Shown in pieces: positions 18,839-30,055 of a DNA stretch of 64,000 nucleotides. Where the stretch lies: assembly GCF_009914755.1 (NCBI RefSeq), contig NC_060948.1; one strand, 5' to 3'. The notes beneath the pieces are model-generated. The model searched no databases and had not been told where the DNA came from. It saw nothing but the letters and a program-made list of their open reading frames with translations. The position numbers were made by a program, and so were the translations under genes. This DNA comes from the human T2T-CHM13v2.0 reference genome, Homo sapiens. Numbering within the stretch: position 1 is the first letter of the stretch; each line of letters opens with the position of its first letter.

Positions 18839-19459
18839 TGTGTCTGGAGTTGGTTCCTTCTGGTGGGTTCTTGGTCTCACTGACTTCAAGAATTAAGCTG
18901 CAGACCTTCGCGGTGAGTGTTACAGCTCGTAAAGATGGTGTGTCCGAAGGTTGTTCCTTCAGATGTTCAGATGTGTCCAGAGTTTCTTCCTTCCAGTGGG
19001 TTCGTGGTCTCGCTGACTTCAAGAATGTAGCTGCGGACGTACATGGTGAGTGTTACAGCTCTTAAATGTGCTGCGGACCCAAAGTGTGAGAATCAGCAAG
19101 AATTATTGTGAAGAGCAAAAGCTTCCACAATGTAGACAGGGACCTGAGAAGGTTGCCACTGCTGGCTGGGGTGGCCAGCTTTTGTTCCCTTATTTGTCCC
19201 CACCCATGTCCTGCTGATTGGTCTGTTTTACAGATTGCTGATTGATGAGGTTATAATCCTTTAGCTAGTCACAGATCAATGATTGGTGCATTTTTACAGA
19301 GTGCTGATTGGTGTGTTTACAATAATTTAGCTAGACACAGCGTGCTGATTGGTGTGTTTTTGCAGAGTGCTGGCTGGTGTGTTGACAATCCTCTAGCTAG
19401 ACAGAAAAGTTCTCCAAGTCCCCGCTCGACCCAGGAAGTCCAGCTGGCTTCATGTCTCA
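18839..19459 (-). promoter_or_regulatory. LTR12, 3' LTR (621 bp)
   Basis: TG...CA termini; repeated gctgattgg (CCAAT on minus strand); adjacent polypurine tract at 19460-19470. Confidence 0.92.
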
Positions 19460-20262
19460 GTCCCCCCCTCTAAACAGGGCACCCCAACTGCTGTTGGGAA
19501 TTGGGCGATGATTGCTCTAGCTACTTCCTGCTGGATAGGGGTGAAGAAGGGCCCTGCAGTTGTAGTGTCCTCTGGAGGGGAACACTTTAGGCCAGTCAAA
19601 GGGCCAGTGGGTTGGTCCAGGGGTCTGCAGTAGAAGTTGTTAGTTGAGGTCATTTGGGGTTCCATTTGTAAGACCATCTGTAGCTTGATGGTCTTGATCC
19701 TAGAGGAAACAAATTTGACAAGGAGATTAAAAATACAGGGACCAAAGGTGAGTAATAGCAAGATGGCTGTCATGGGAACTAGAAAGGGGAGAAGCCATGT
19801 CACCCAACTCCAGAGGTTGGTATAAGAGTTTGAAAGGTATTGTCTGATTTCATAAGCCTTTTCCTATAAATGCTTGGGTGCATCTTGTAACATCCCTGAT
19901 TGGTTAGTGTAAAAACAACACTATTCCCCTAAGAAGGTGCAGAGTCCTCTTTTCTCAACAGTAGGAAGTCTAGGCCTTGGCAGTTTTGGAAAGTCACTGC
20001 TGTCAAAGAGTCTATTTGGGATTGTAGAGTAAGGATAGATTTTGTTATTTCTTGCAAACTGTCTGAGAAATTCTTTGAGAGTGTGTGTTAGTAGGATAAT
20101 AAAGTAGATAAAGTGGCTATTCCGGTTCCTGCAGCAGTAGCCATTTCTAACCGTCTAAGTAGGGGTATTAGTTGTGTGGCTCTGTGCTGATGGACTTGAG
20201 CTTTGAGGGGTACTGATAGAGTCTGATTTCCTGGGGCAATGTCAATGTTGGGAATTAGGAAG
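19460..20262 (-). pseudogene. env: HERV9 env remnant (end of SU plus TM)
   Basis: TWLLPFLVPMTAILLLLTFGPCIFNLLVKFVSSRIKTIKLQMVLQMEPQM; immunosuppressive-like DSLTAVTFQNCQGLDFL and a decayed CX6CC motif (CTFLGE*CC); stops present. Confidence 0.88.
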
Positions 20263-22313
20263 ACTCCCAGAATTGGGGTATTTCAGGGACTGGTGCATTT
20301 TCTTACTAGGACTTGAGCTTTTAAATGTCTAACAATATCCTGTAATCCTTTATGAACCTCAGGCCTTAGGATATTGCCTTTGATAAAGAAAAGTGGTGGG
20401 GTCTTTTCACCTGATTTGGACTGCATAGGCTTTTTTTCCCCTTCCAAATTGTCCTTCCAATGCCCAGACTTCAGGATTGATTCCCTCCTCAAGCAAGGGA
20501 CAACAAATGATTAACTTGTGCCCCATATTCATGTAGATAATAGCTCCAGCTTTGGCTAATATGTCCCTCCCTAATAAGGGTGTGGGACTTTCAGGCATAA
20601 CAAGAAGGGCATGTGAAAAGAGCAAAGTCTCCCAATTACAACTGACGAGGTGGGAGAAATACCTGGTTACAAGCTGCCCCAGGATTCCTCAATGGTAATG
20701 GACCTTGAGGACAGCTGTCTGGAACAGGAGATTAACACTGAGAAAGCCACACCAGTATCTTGGAGGAAGTCAATTTTCTGGCCTTCAGTGGTTAAACATA
20801 CCCAGAGCTTAGTGAGAGTGATGAAACGAGCTGGTGCTTGCCCCAGGTGCCCTCAGTGTGGTTGTTGGATCATCTGGTTGGGGGCTTCTGGCCCAGAGAA
20901 CCTTTGTCCTCTGGGGCAGGGCACCTTCCAGTGATTGCCTCAGCATAGTGAACATGGGTGAGGGGGCAGCTTGTTTCTTGTTGGACAGTCTTTTTTAAGG
21001 TATCCTTGCAAACCACACTGGTAACAAGCCCTACTGGGTGACTGGCCTGCTCCATTTTCTGTCCTCTCTGAACCACCAAGGTTTGTTTGTCTGAGGGCCA
21101 TGACTAAGGCAGGGGAATTTATCTGATCTCACTTTTCCTTTTCAGCCTGTTCCTCTTGGTCCCTATTATAGAACACCAAGGTTGCCAGGTTTAATAATGC
21201 CTCCAGATTTTGTTCAGGGCCCAGGGCTCACTTTTGGAGCTTTCTCTTGATATCTGCAGCTGATTGGGTAATAAACTTATCTTTTAGGATCATTTGACCC
21301 TTGAGGGAGTCAGGTGATAGGGGAATATATTTTCTTAAGGCCTCTTGTAGCTACTGTGGAAGGCAGAAGGATATTCTTCCTTTCCCTGACTTATGGTGGA
21401 TATCATTGTATAATTCATGGGCTTTTTCCTAATTCTCCTTAGTCCTTCTAGAGTACAGGTCAACAGATGTTTGTGACTCCAGTTCCCATGATGTGAGTCA
21501 AGATACCAGTGGGGATCTATGCTGGGTACAGCTTGCTGACCAGTAGGGAATTTATCCCTTTCTTTCGTTGTCATTCTATCATTTACTTGACTATGGTGCC
21601 AGATATCTCCAAACTCTCAGGCTGCAGCTAAAGCTGCATTCTTTCATTAAAGGCCAGGATTTGATCTATCACTAGCATGACATCTTTCCAAGTGAGATTG
21701 AAGGTTTGCCCTAGACCCTGTAGGACATCTATGCACCCATCAGCATCATCTGAAAACTTTCCCAGGTTTACGTTGATCTACTTTAAATCAGAGAGGGAGA
21801 AGGGGACATGTACCCAGGTTGGGCCAAATTCCCCTACTCCTACAGCTTGAAGGGGACATAACCGATAGCCCGGGGGAGGGGGCTGTGGTCCCTTGGAGAT
21901 TTATTTCCTTGTTCCCTTCTGGGAAGGGGAGATTAGAGGAGGCTTATCATTAATAGGAAGGGGAGCTATAGGGAGACTAGGATATGGGGGTAAGCTGAGA
22001 GGTCCTCTTGTGGGAAGTAAATTGAAAGTTTTGTATAGTTGTGGATTCTCCTTCAATGAAAAGAAAGCTTGGACATAAGGTATTTCACTCCATTTGCCTT
22101 CCCTCTTACAGAAAATGTCAAGCTGCAGGCTAGTATTGCAATTTATGCTTCCCTCAGGTGGCCATTTTTCCCCTTCAGAGAGAGAATATTGGGGCTAGCC
22201 ATAGTGCAGAAAAAAATAAGCTGCTTGTTTTTCAGGGTTTGTGGGTCAAATTGGTCTCAGTGGCTTAGGATGCATTTCAAGGGTGAGGCTGTTGATGCCT
22301 GAGTGTTTCCCAT
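20263..22313 (-). pseudogene. gag-pro: HERV9 gag-pro and start of pol, disrupted
   Basis: ORF-track fragments 22257-22460, 21335-21574, 20407-20625 and 20283-20492 carry gammaretroviral gag, protease and RT-start motifs (..SP*NTPILGV). Confidence 0.88.
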
Positions 22314-22364
22314 CTGAAACAAACAAAAAAATGCCTGGCTTTCGTTTGTTTGTTTCCCCCCTCT

Positions 22365-22685
22365 TTGCCCAAGAACCCTCAACAGTCCCTGGACCCTGCT
22401 CCTCAGAATAGTTGTGCTTAGCAATGCAGCAGCAGAAACCCCTCTTGCCCAAGAACTCATTATGGTCCCTGGACCCTGCTGATCGGAATAGTTGCACTCA
22501 CTGAAGCAGCAGCAGAAACACTAGTTTTCCTCTTAGACCACAAAGAGGACCAAAGAAAGTTGGATTTAGTGGCCCTTACTGATGCATTCTTGAAAACCTG
22601 CACCCTTGCCTGTCCTCTTAGACCACAAAGAGAACTCAGAAAAATCAGCTTTAGTGGCCCTTACTGATGCATTCTCAAAAACCTG
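22365..22685. repeat. Two pairs of tandem repeats in the ERV leader
   Basis: ttgcccaagaac..tccctggaccctgct..gaatagttg..gcagcagcagaaac x2, and cctcttagaccacaaagag..tttagtggcccttactgatgcattct x2. Confidence 0.85.
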
Positions 22686-23586
22686 ATAGAGTCCTAAGTG
22701 TTCTCCTGTTAGTCCTAGGACCTTACTCCTGTCCTATAAAGATGTTATGGACCCAAAATGAATTGGAGGGCCATACCCTGAGGGAGGGAAGGAATCTCCA
22801 GGCTTGGAAGAGTGACACCTTTTTTCATCACTTTTCATCATATGAATAAGAAGGATGTCATTTCTGGGCTCCCCATATCCTAGCTTCAGGAATAGCTTTT
22901 TTCTTAGGCCTGCTAGTCTGAGGAGGGATCCTAAAATTCCAGATGAAACTTTGGGCAAAAATTATGTCTTTCTGATTGGTGAGCTCAGGTACCTAAAGAA
23001 AGGAACAGAATCCTGAAGTTTATAATAGAAATAAATCTTATAGGAGAAAGTAGAAAAGCACCAGAGACAGGGAGTGGTTTTTAGAAGTGTGACTAGCCTT
23101 GGAGAAGAGAGGCAAGAGGAAGTTTGTCTGACAGGTATCAGGATCTAGGAGTCAAGGGTCAGGATAGATAGGATAAATGGGTAAGTCTCACTTGGGCGAC
23201 ATGACTTTGTGAGTTCTATTTATGGCTATGGGGTCAACCAACTTTTTTTGGGACCCTGGGGTTGAATGGCTTCCCTTTCTGTTGGCCCTCAGCTCAGCCC
23301 AGAAGTACAGGAAAAGCAGAAGCTTGTTCCAGGCAAACCAACACTCCCAACTCCATAGATTTGGGAGTTGTTAGGGAACCCTTTCCCAGAAGGCCTGACA
23401 TCCGTGTCTTTAGTCTGGTGATAGCACTAGTTGCTTTTAACTGGCCCAACAGGTGCCCCGTATTTAGCACCCAGATTCTAAGGAAAAATAGGACAGAATA
23501 GCAAGTGAAAGGGGTAGGATGGTACTCACTGCTTGGCAATTGTCCTGCCACAGTCACCAAGATGTGTCCCTTCACGGTCACCAAGA

Positions 23587-24344
23587 TGTGTCTGGAGTTG
23601 ATTCCTTCCGTTGGGTTCTTAGTTTCACTGACTTCAAGAATCAAGCCACAGACCTTCATGATGTGTGTTCCAGCTCTTAAAGATGATATATCTGGAGTTT
23701 ATTCCTTCAGATGTTCAGATGTGTCTGGAGTTTCTTCTTTTTGGTGAGTTTGTGGTCTTGCTGACTTCAAGAATGAAGCTGTGGACCTTTGCAGTAAGTG
23801 TTACAGCTCTTAAAGGTGGTGCATACCCAAATAGTGTGCAGCAGCAAGATTTATTGTGAAAAGCGAAAAAACAAAGATTTCAGAGTGTGGAAGGGGATCC
23901 GAGTGGGTTGCCGCAGCTGGCTGGGGTAGCCAGCTTTTATTCCCTTATTTGTCCCTGCCCACATCCTGCTGATTGGTCCATTTTACAGAGTGCTGATTGG
24001 TGAGTTTACAGTCTTTAGCTAGACACAGAGAACTGATTGCTGCATTTTTATGGAGTGCTGATTGGTGCATTTACATTCCTTTAGCTAGACACAGAGTGTT
24101 GATTGCTGCATTTTTACAGAGTGCTGATTGGTGAGGTTACAATCCTTTGGCTAGACACACAGTGTTGATTGGTGCATTTTTACAGAATGCTGATTGGTGC
24201 ATTTACAATCCTTAAGCTAGACACAGAGTGCTGATTGGTGCGTTTTTACAGAGCACTGATTTGTGTGTTTACAATCCTCTAGCTAGACAGAAAAGTTCTC
24301 CAATCCCCACTCAACCCAGGAAGTCCAGCTGGCTTCACCTCTCA
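23587..24344 (-). promoter_or_regulatory. LTR12, 5' LTR (758 bp) with tandem CCAAT-containing repeats
   Basis: TG...CA termini; more gctgattggtgc/tagctagacacag repeats than the 3' LTR; PBS immediately internal. Confidence 0.92.
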
Positions 24345-24622
24345 ATACTACTGAATTAAAATTAGTGGTAAAAATTGAATATAAAGTTATGGGTAACAAT
24401 ATTTTACTCCACTAAGTTTTCAAAATTACTGCTAATCTAGAGTAAAGGACACAAAGTGGCTCAAGAAAAAAGAATGAGCTTCATGCCAAGATAAAACATC
24501 TTGAAGATTTTCTTTTCTGCAACAAAAACTCCCAATTCCTCTTGAAAAGTGAAACTAAAATTAATTCATGCAGAGCAGAAGCTCCCAACAGACATTCTAC
24601 AAAGGAAAAAAAAAAAAAAAAC

Positions 24623-24750
24623 TTAGGGAGACCCAGTTTCTCTAGTTCTCTAACATCACATCCCTACATAAATTTCACTGGGTAGTGTCCAAGGCATTTT
24701 CTCTACTCCAGAGAAAACTACATGGTCACATTTCTGAATGTAAACCATCC
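24623..24750 (-). pseudogene. KRAB-A exon (128 bp; one extra base), inactivated
   Basis: Acceptor aag|gga. Reads GWFTFRNVTM*FSLE*RKCL/DTTQ*NLCRDVMLEN*RNWVSL versus [42 protein letters not shown]. Confidence 0.93.
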
Positions 24751-26151
24751 CTTAAAAAATACATGTATTTACTGAGTGACAGAGTTCTTAATTTGACTGC
24801 AGATGAAATGAGTTAAGAAAACTACTTCTGACTTATATGAGTGACTAATGTTATCCAGTAAAATAATTTTTAATACAGTAATATTCTGTAAAATTTACAC
24901 CTCTTAGAACAAAAATGGCATGCCAGAAATTTTTGCTGCTAAAATGGAAATATGAGCCACAATGACCTGCCCTTTTCAAACCTGAACAGAGAAAGCCATG
25001 TCACCTCCTTTGTGAGCAAAAGATGAACTCAACCTTTTAGAAGCCCTCATGCTTGACTGTGGCCTCACCATAGAATCATGTGAGGCACTTAATTAAAACA
25101 AACAAACAAACAAAAAAACAGGGCTTCTCACACCCAGAACAATGCACAAAATCTATGTGGAGGGTACCAGTGATGGCATCTGTTTAAACTGTTCATATAA
25201 TTCCTATTGAAAGACTGGGCTTAGACTCACTTAGTGAAGTTTTTCCTCAAAAACTTCAATGTGCATATAAATTATTTGGTATTCCATGCCTCACTGTAAG
25301 TAACATGATTCCACAGATTTTAAAAGGGTCTATGAATTAACTTTTTAAAACACACCACGTGTTAATGCTAATGATATTCCTTCTAAACTCATTATAGTAG
25401 CATTCAGCGAGAGAAAAGAGGGCACAGCACAGAAGGTCCCTTACCTTAACACACATATCACAACACAAATACTTTTAGTCCAAAGAAAAAGACTAAAAAT
25501 CACCATCCTAAAATATGACATTTTCTGCAGCCTCTTTAAAGTTTACAGAAGCTATAAATTGTGCCAATGTCTGAGTCTGCATTTGAAAAACACATTTGCA
25601 AATGCATTAATGAAAAGATTACGTAGCATGTACTGTGTTCAGGATTCTGTTACAGAGTGGTGAGCTGGGACCTCACATAATGTGTGTTAATCCAGGTAAA
25701 ACTGTGTGAGATGGGTACTAAGTTTTCCAGAATTTTCAGAATCTAAATGCAGGGTTCAGTATTTATAATCTACTTCTGTTTTTCTATCATTGATTTTAAA
25801 AAGATTTGTGCAAAAACAATGCTCAAAATAGATACATGAGAGAGATAAAGGAAGTGTTAAGTGTAGTTGAAAGAGATTTTTGTGTGTGTGTCTGCATTTA
25901 CATTATTGAGACTTGTGGAAAAACTAGTGGAATTGTAGATATGGAAAATAGGTTTCTACGTGGGATGCCTATAGAAACACTGATTTCAATTTAAAAAAAA
26001 AAGAAATTAAGGCCCCCAAATATATGGCTTTGTTCTCACTTATTTGTTTTTTGGTTTCAGGAAATTGTGAGCACCAGCTAGCTCTGAAGAGGAAGCAGAA
26101 GCAACAACCCCAAATAATGATTAGTCCTCTAATTAGTTCAGTAAGAGATTC

Positions 26152-28430
26152 TGACATGGTTTGTCTCTGTCACTTCTGAAATATCATCTTGAATTCTCAC
26201 GTGTGATGAATGAAACCCAGTGGGAGTTAATTGAATCATGGGGGCGACCTTTTTCGTGCTGCTCTCATGTTAGTCAATAAATCTCATTAAATCTAATGGC
26301 TTTGTAAGGGGGAGCTTCTCTGCACAAGCTCTCTGTTTGCCAGCTGCCATCCATGTAAGACGTGAATTTCTCCTGCTTGCTTTCTGCCATGATTGTGAGG
26401 CCTCCCCACAAACTTGGAACTGTAAGGTCATTAAATCTCTTTCTTTTGTAAATTGCCAAGTGCCTAGTATGTCTTTATCAGCAGCATGGAGATTGACTAA
26501 TACAGTAAATTGGTACTGAGAGTGGGGTTCTGCTGAAAAGAAACCTGAAAATGTGGAAGTGACTTTGGAACTGGATAACAGACAGAGGTTGAAACAGTAT
26601 GGAGGGCTGAGAAGAAGACAGGAAAATGTGGAAAATTTTGTAACTTCCTAGAGATATATTGAATAGTTTTGACCAAAATGCTGATAATGATATGGACAGT
26701 GAAATCCCGACTGTGTTGGTCTCAGATGGAGATGAGGAACTTGTTGGAAACTGGAGTAAAGGTGATGCTTGTTATGCTTTAGCAAAAACGACTGGCAGCA
26801 TTTTGCCCCCTGCCCTAGAGATCAGTGGGACTTTGAACTTGGGAGAGATGATTCAGGGCATCTAGCAGAATAAATTTCTAAGCAGCAAAGCATTCAAAAA
26901 GTCACTTTGGTACTATCAAAGGCATTCAGTTTTAAAAGGAAAATACACATAAAAATTGAGAAAATTTGCATCCTGACTATGCAATAGAAAACAAAATTCC
27001 ATGTTTTGAGGAGAAATTCAAGCCAGCTGAATATATCTGCATAAGTAATAAGAAACTCAATGCTAATCACCAAGACAGTGGGGAAAACATCTCCAGGATG
27101 TGTCAGAGACCTTTGTCAAAGCTGCTTTCATCACAGGCCCAGAGACCTAGGAGGCAAAATAAAATTATTTAGTGGACTGGGACCAGGCTTTTTCTGCTCT
27201 GTGCAATCTATGGACTTGGTCCCCTGCATCCCAGAAGCTTTAGCCATAACTTAAAAGAGCCAAGGTACAGCTCAGGCTATGGCTTCTGAGGGTCCAAGCC
27301 CCAAGCATTGACAGCTTCCATGTGGTTTTGAGCCTATGGGTGCACAAAAGTCAAGAATTGAAGTTTGGGAACCTCCACCTACATTCCAGAGAATATATAA
27401 AACATCTGGATAACCAGGCAGTAGTTTGCTGCAGGGGTGGGGCACTCACGGAGAACCTCTGCTATGGGAGTGCAGAAGGGAATCATGGGGTGGGAGTGCA
27501 GAAAGAAAAATGGAGTCTCCACTGAGGTGCTGCCTAGTGGAGCTATGAGAAGTGAGCCACCATCTTCAAGACACTGGAATGGTAGATCCAATAACAGCCT
27601 GCACTGTGCACCTGGAAAAGCTGCAGACACTCAACAGTAGCCTGTGAAAGTAGGTGGGAGGGAGGCTGCACGCTGCAAAGCCACAGGATGGGAGATTTCT
27701 AAGACCATAGGAACCACCCTCTTCCATCAGCATGATCCAGTTTAAGACATGAAGTCAAAGGAGATCATTTTGAAGTGCTAAGATTTGACTGTCCACTGGA
27801 TTTTGGACTTGCTTGGGGCCTGTAGCCCTTTTGTTTTGACCAATTTCTCCCATTTAAAATGACTGTCATTATCTGATGCATATACCCCCATTGTACTAGG
27901 AAAGAACTAAATTGCTTTTGATTTTATAGGCTCATAAGTGGAAGGCACTTACTTTAGCTCAGATGAGACACTGGACTTCTGAGTTAATCCTGAAATGAAT
28001 TAAGTCTTGGAAACTGTTTGGAAGACGTGATTGGTTTTGAAATGTGAGGACATGATATTTGGGAGGGGCCAGGAGTGGAATGATATGCTTTGGCTGTGTT
28101 CGCACCCAAATCTCATCTTGAATTCCACCGTGTTGTGGGAGGGACCAGGTGGGAGACAATTGAATCATGGGGGCAGGCCTTTCCCATGTTTTTCTCACAA
28201 TAGTGAATAAGTCTCATGAGATCTGATTCTTTTACAAGGGACTTTTTATGCACAAGCTCTCTGTTTGCCTGTTGCCATCCATGTAAGACATGACTTGCTC
28301 CTCTGTGACTTCTACTATGATTGTGAGGCCTCCCCAGACACTTGGTACTCTAAGTCCACCAAACCTCTTTTTTTTTAATTGCCCAGTCTAGGGTATGTCT
28401 TTATCAGAAGCATGAAAATGAACCAATACA
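26152..28430 (+). mobile_element. Full-length THE1 (THE1A/B-like MaLR): LTR-int-LTR
   Basis: LTRs 26152-26504 and 28081-28430 (tga..aataca), ~1.6-kb internal region, perfect 5-bp TSD gattc at 26147-51 and 28431-35. Confidence 0.95.
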
Positions 28431-29867
28431 GATTCTGTGGTAGGCCAGTCAGTCCTGGAAATAATTCAGATGAGAGTAGGTCTGATCTGAGTTTGGTTAT
28501 GGAGTGAGCCTTATGCCTATAATTTCTATACCACTGGATATATTAAGTTCTGTGCTTCCTGATTCTGCTCCAGAGAAATATGACTCCAACAATTTTTGTC
28601 ATCTTAATGTATTTTAGGCATTTTCCTGTCTCTTTTACAATATACCATAACAAGCAATTTAACCAAATCCCTTGGTTCTTTCTATGGCAGTTACATTAGA
28701 AGCTAAATATTTATTCTTAACAAAGTAAAAGCAATAAAGTAGTAATGATAAAAACAACGCATTTTCTATCCATGTACAGCTCATCAGGTCATGACATTAA
28801 AACTCCCAGAGAAGCAATATAAGGGAAATGGTCAAAATTAAGTCCAACTTCTTTATTGGTACTGACCACATGATGCTGAATTCAACCATTTATCTATATT
28901 CTCTAGAATGAGCATTCCTGGATAGTAGAGACCATGACTGCTTCCTGTGTTTTCTAATCGCATATAAAGCAGAAGCAAGCAGCTCATAGATAAATTCAAA
29001 TCGCCAGACCTGATTTTTCACCAAAGAACCAGAAAATGGAGCAACTTCCAGCTGGATACAAGCCAGGACATTTCTGTGAAGGGAAGAACAAACCCTGGTT
29101 GAGTACTTTCTCCTCTGAAATGAAAGCAGAATAGACATCTTTTTTTTTTTTTTGAGCAGAACTCTAGTTTTGAAAGGATGAACCCAAATGTCTCAAGGAC
29201 TAACAGGTGCTGGTCAGAGTACCCAGTTACTGTAAGCTAATATCCCATGGTGTCCAGGCAGGAGACACTCAGGCTTACTTTGTGAGGTGCAAATAGAAAA
29301 TGGAAATGTTCTGGTGGACTTGCAGACCCTGAATCCAGATGTAATAACCTCTGGAACTCTGAGGAGTTAACCTCTGCTACTGAAGAACCAACTGTTGGGT
29401 ATGAGAAAAAACACAAATACTCTATTTCAGTAACGCAGTGGAAAGACAAGCATAGTTGAAATAAAGTTTCTAAATGTCTTGTGATCTAGGCCCGTCACTT
29501 TGAAGGTGATTCTTTAAACTTACATATTCTGCCATCAGATTCTGTTTATACCAGCTTGTCACAAAATTGTAGTGGATCACTGAATAAAATCTGGAAAACT
29601 CAAGAAGTTCTACTCTCTCAAAAAGTGGGGCTTCATATATCAATGTTGACCTCTCACAATTCTGAAAATGTCTCCTCTGAATTTCTGCATGTCCTAAACT
29701 GAGAGTGTGGCTGTGTCTTGTGAATCTCAGGAAAAGGCAAGTTTTATGTATAGATTCTTGATGAGATCAACCTGGCTCTGCATTTTTGTGAGTTGCAGCA
29801 AGTGGAGTAAAACCAGAGTAGAGATTCGCCTCATGGAGGCTCCTTTAATACATTCTAAGTAGTATTT

Positions 29868-30055
29868 TGACCTAAAAGTGGAGGATTAAACTTAATATAT
29901 TAAGTAGAGAGTTTATTTGGGCCAAAGCTTGAAGATGCAACTCTAGAGTACAGTTACAGTTTCCCTGAATATACACTCCAATTAGCAGCAATTATAACTG
30001 TATACTTAAATGCAAAAAAAAAAAAAAGTCTGATACCAAGTTCTTGTCAGATATC
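29868..30055 (-). mobile_element. Truncated ERV1 LTR fragment (MER57/MER93-like)
   Basis: agagagtttatttgggccaaagcttgaagatgcaac...ccctgaatatacactcc. Confidence 0.5.

Larger units (their letters stand above)
18839..24344 (-). mobile_element. HERV9/LTR12 provirus with large pol-env deletion
   Basis: Two LTR12 copies, PBS(Arg), gag (MGNTQASTASPLKCILSH; AVPSIDPHWYLDS), pro (FSHALLVMPESPTPLLGRDILAK), env TM, PPT gagggggggac. 4-bp TSD gtac (18835-38) / atac (24345-48). Confidence 0.93.
12540..29870 (-). pseudogene. Unprocessed KRAB-C2H2 zinc-finger pseudogene (ZNF91-family architecture); exon 1 not seen
   Basis: KRAB-A exon 24623-24750, KRAB-B exon 18272-18367 and C2H2 array ~13480-14235 lie in the correct order on the same strand. 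Intronic and 3'UTR sequence resembles recalled ZNF91-family genes. Outer boundaries approximate. Confidence 0.85.

Noticed and set aside
19450-19803. 117-aa syncytin-like ORF as a domesticated env
   Set aside because: Only the TM tail remains. SU is deleted, the upstream TM region has stops and frameshifts, and there is no signal peptide.
23542-23583. tRNA gene
   Set aside because: Only 18-nt 3'-end matches (primer-binding sites); no cloverleaf body.
23960-24290. Regularly spaced repeats resembling a CRISPR array
   Set aside because: These are the internal tandem CCAAT repeats of LTR12; there are no unique spacers or cas genes and the context is eukaryotic.
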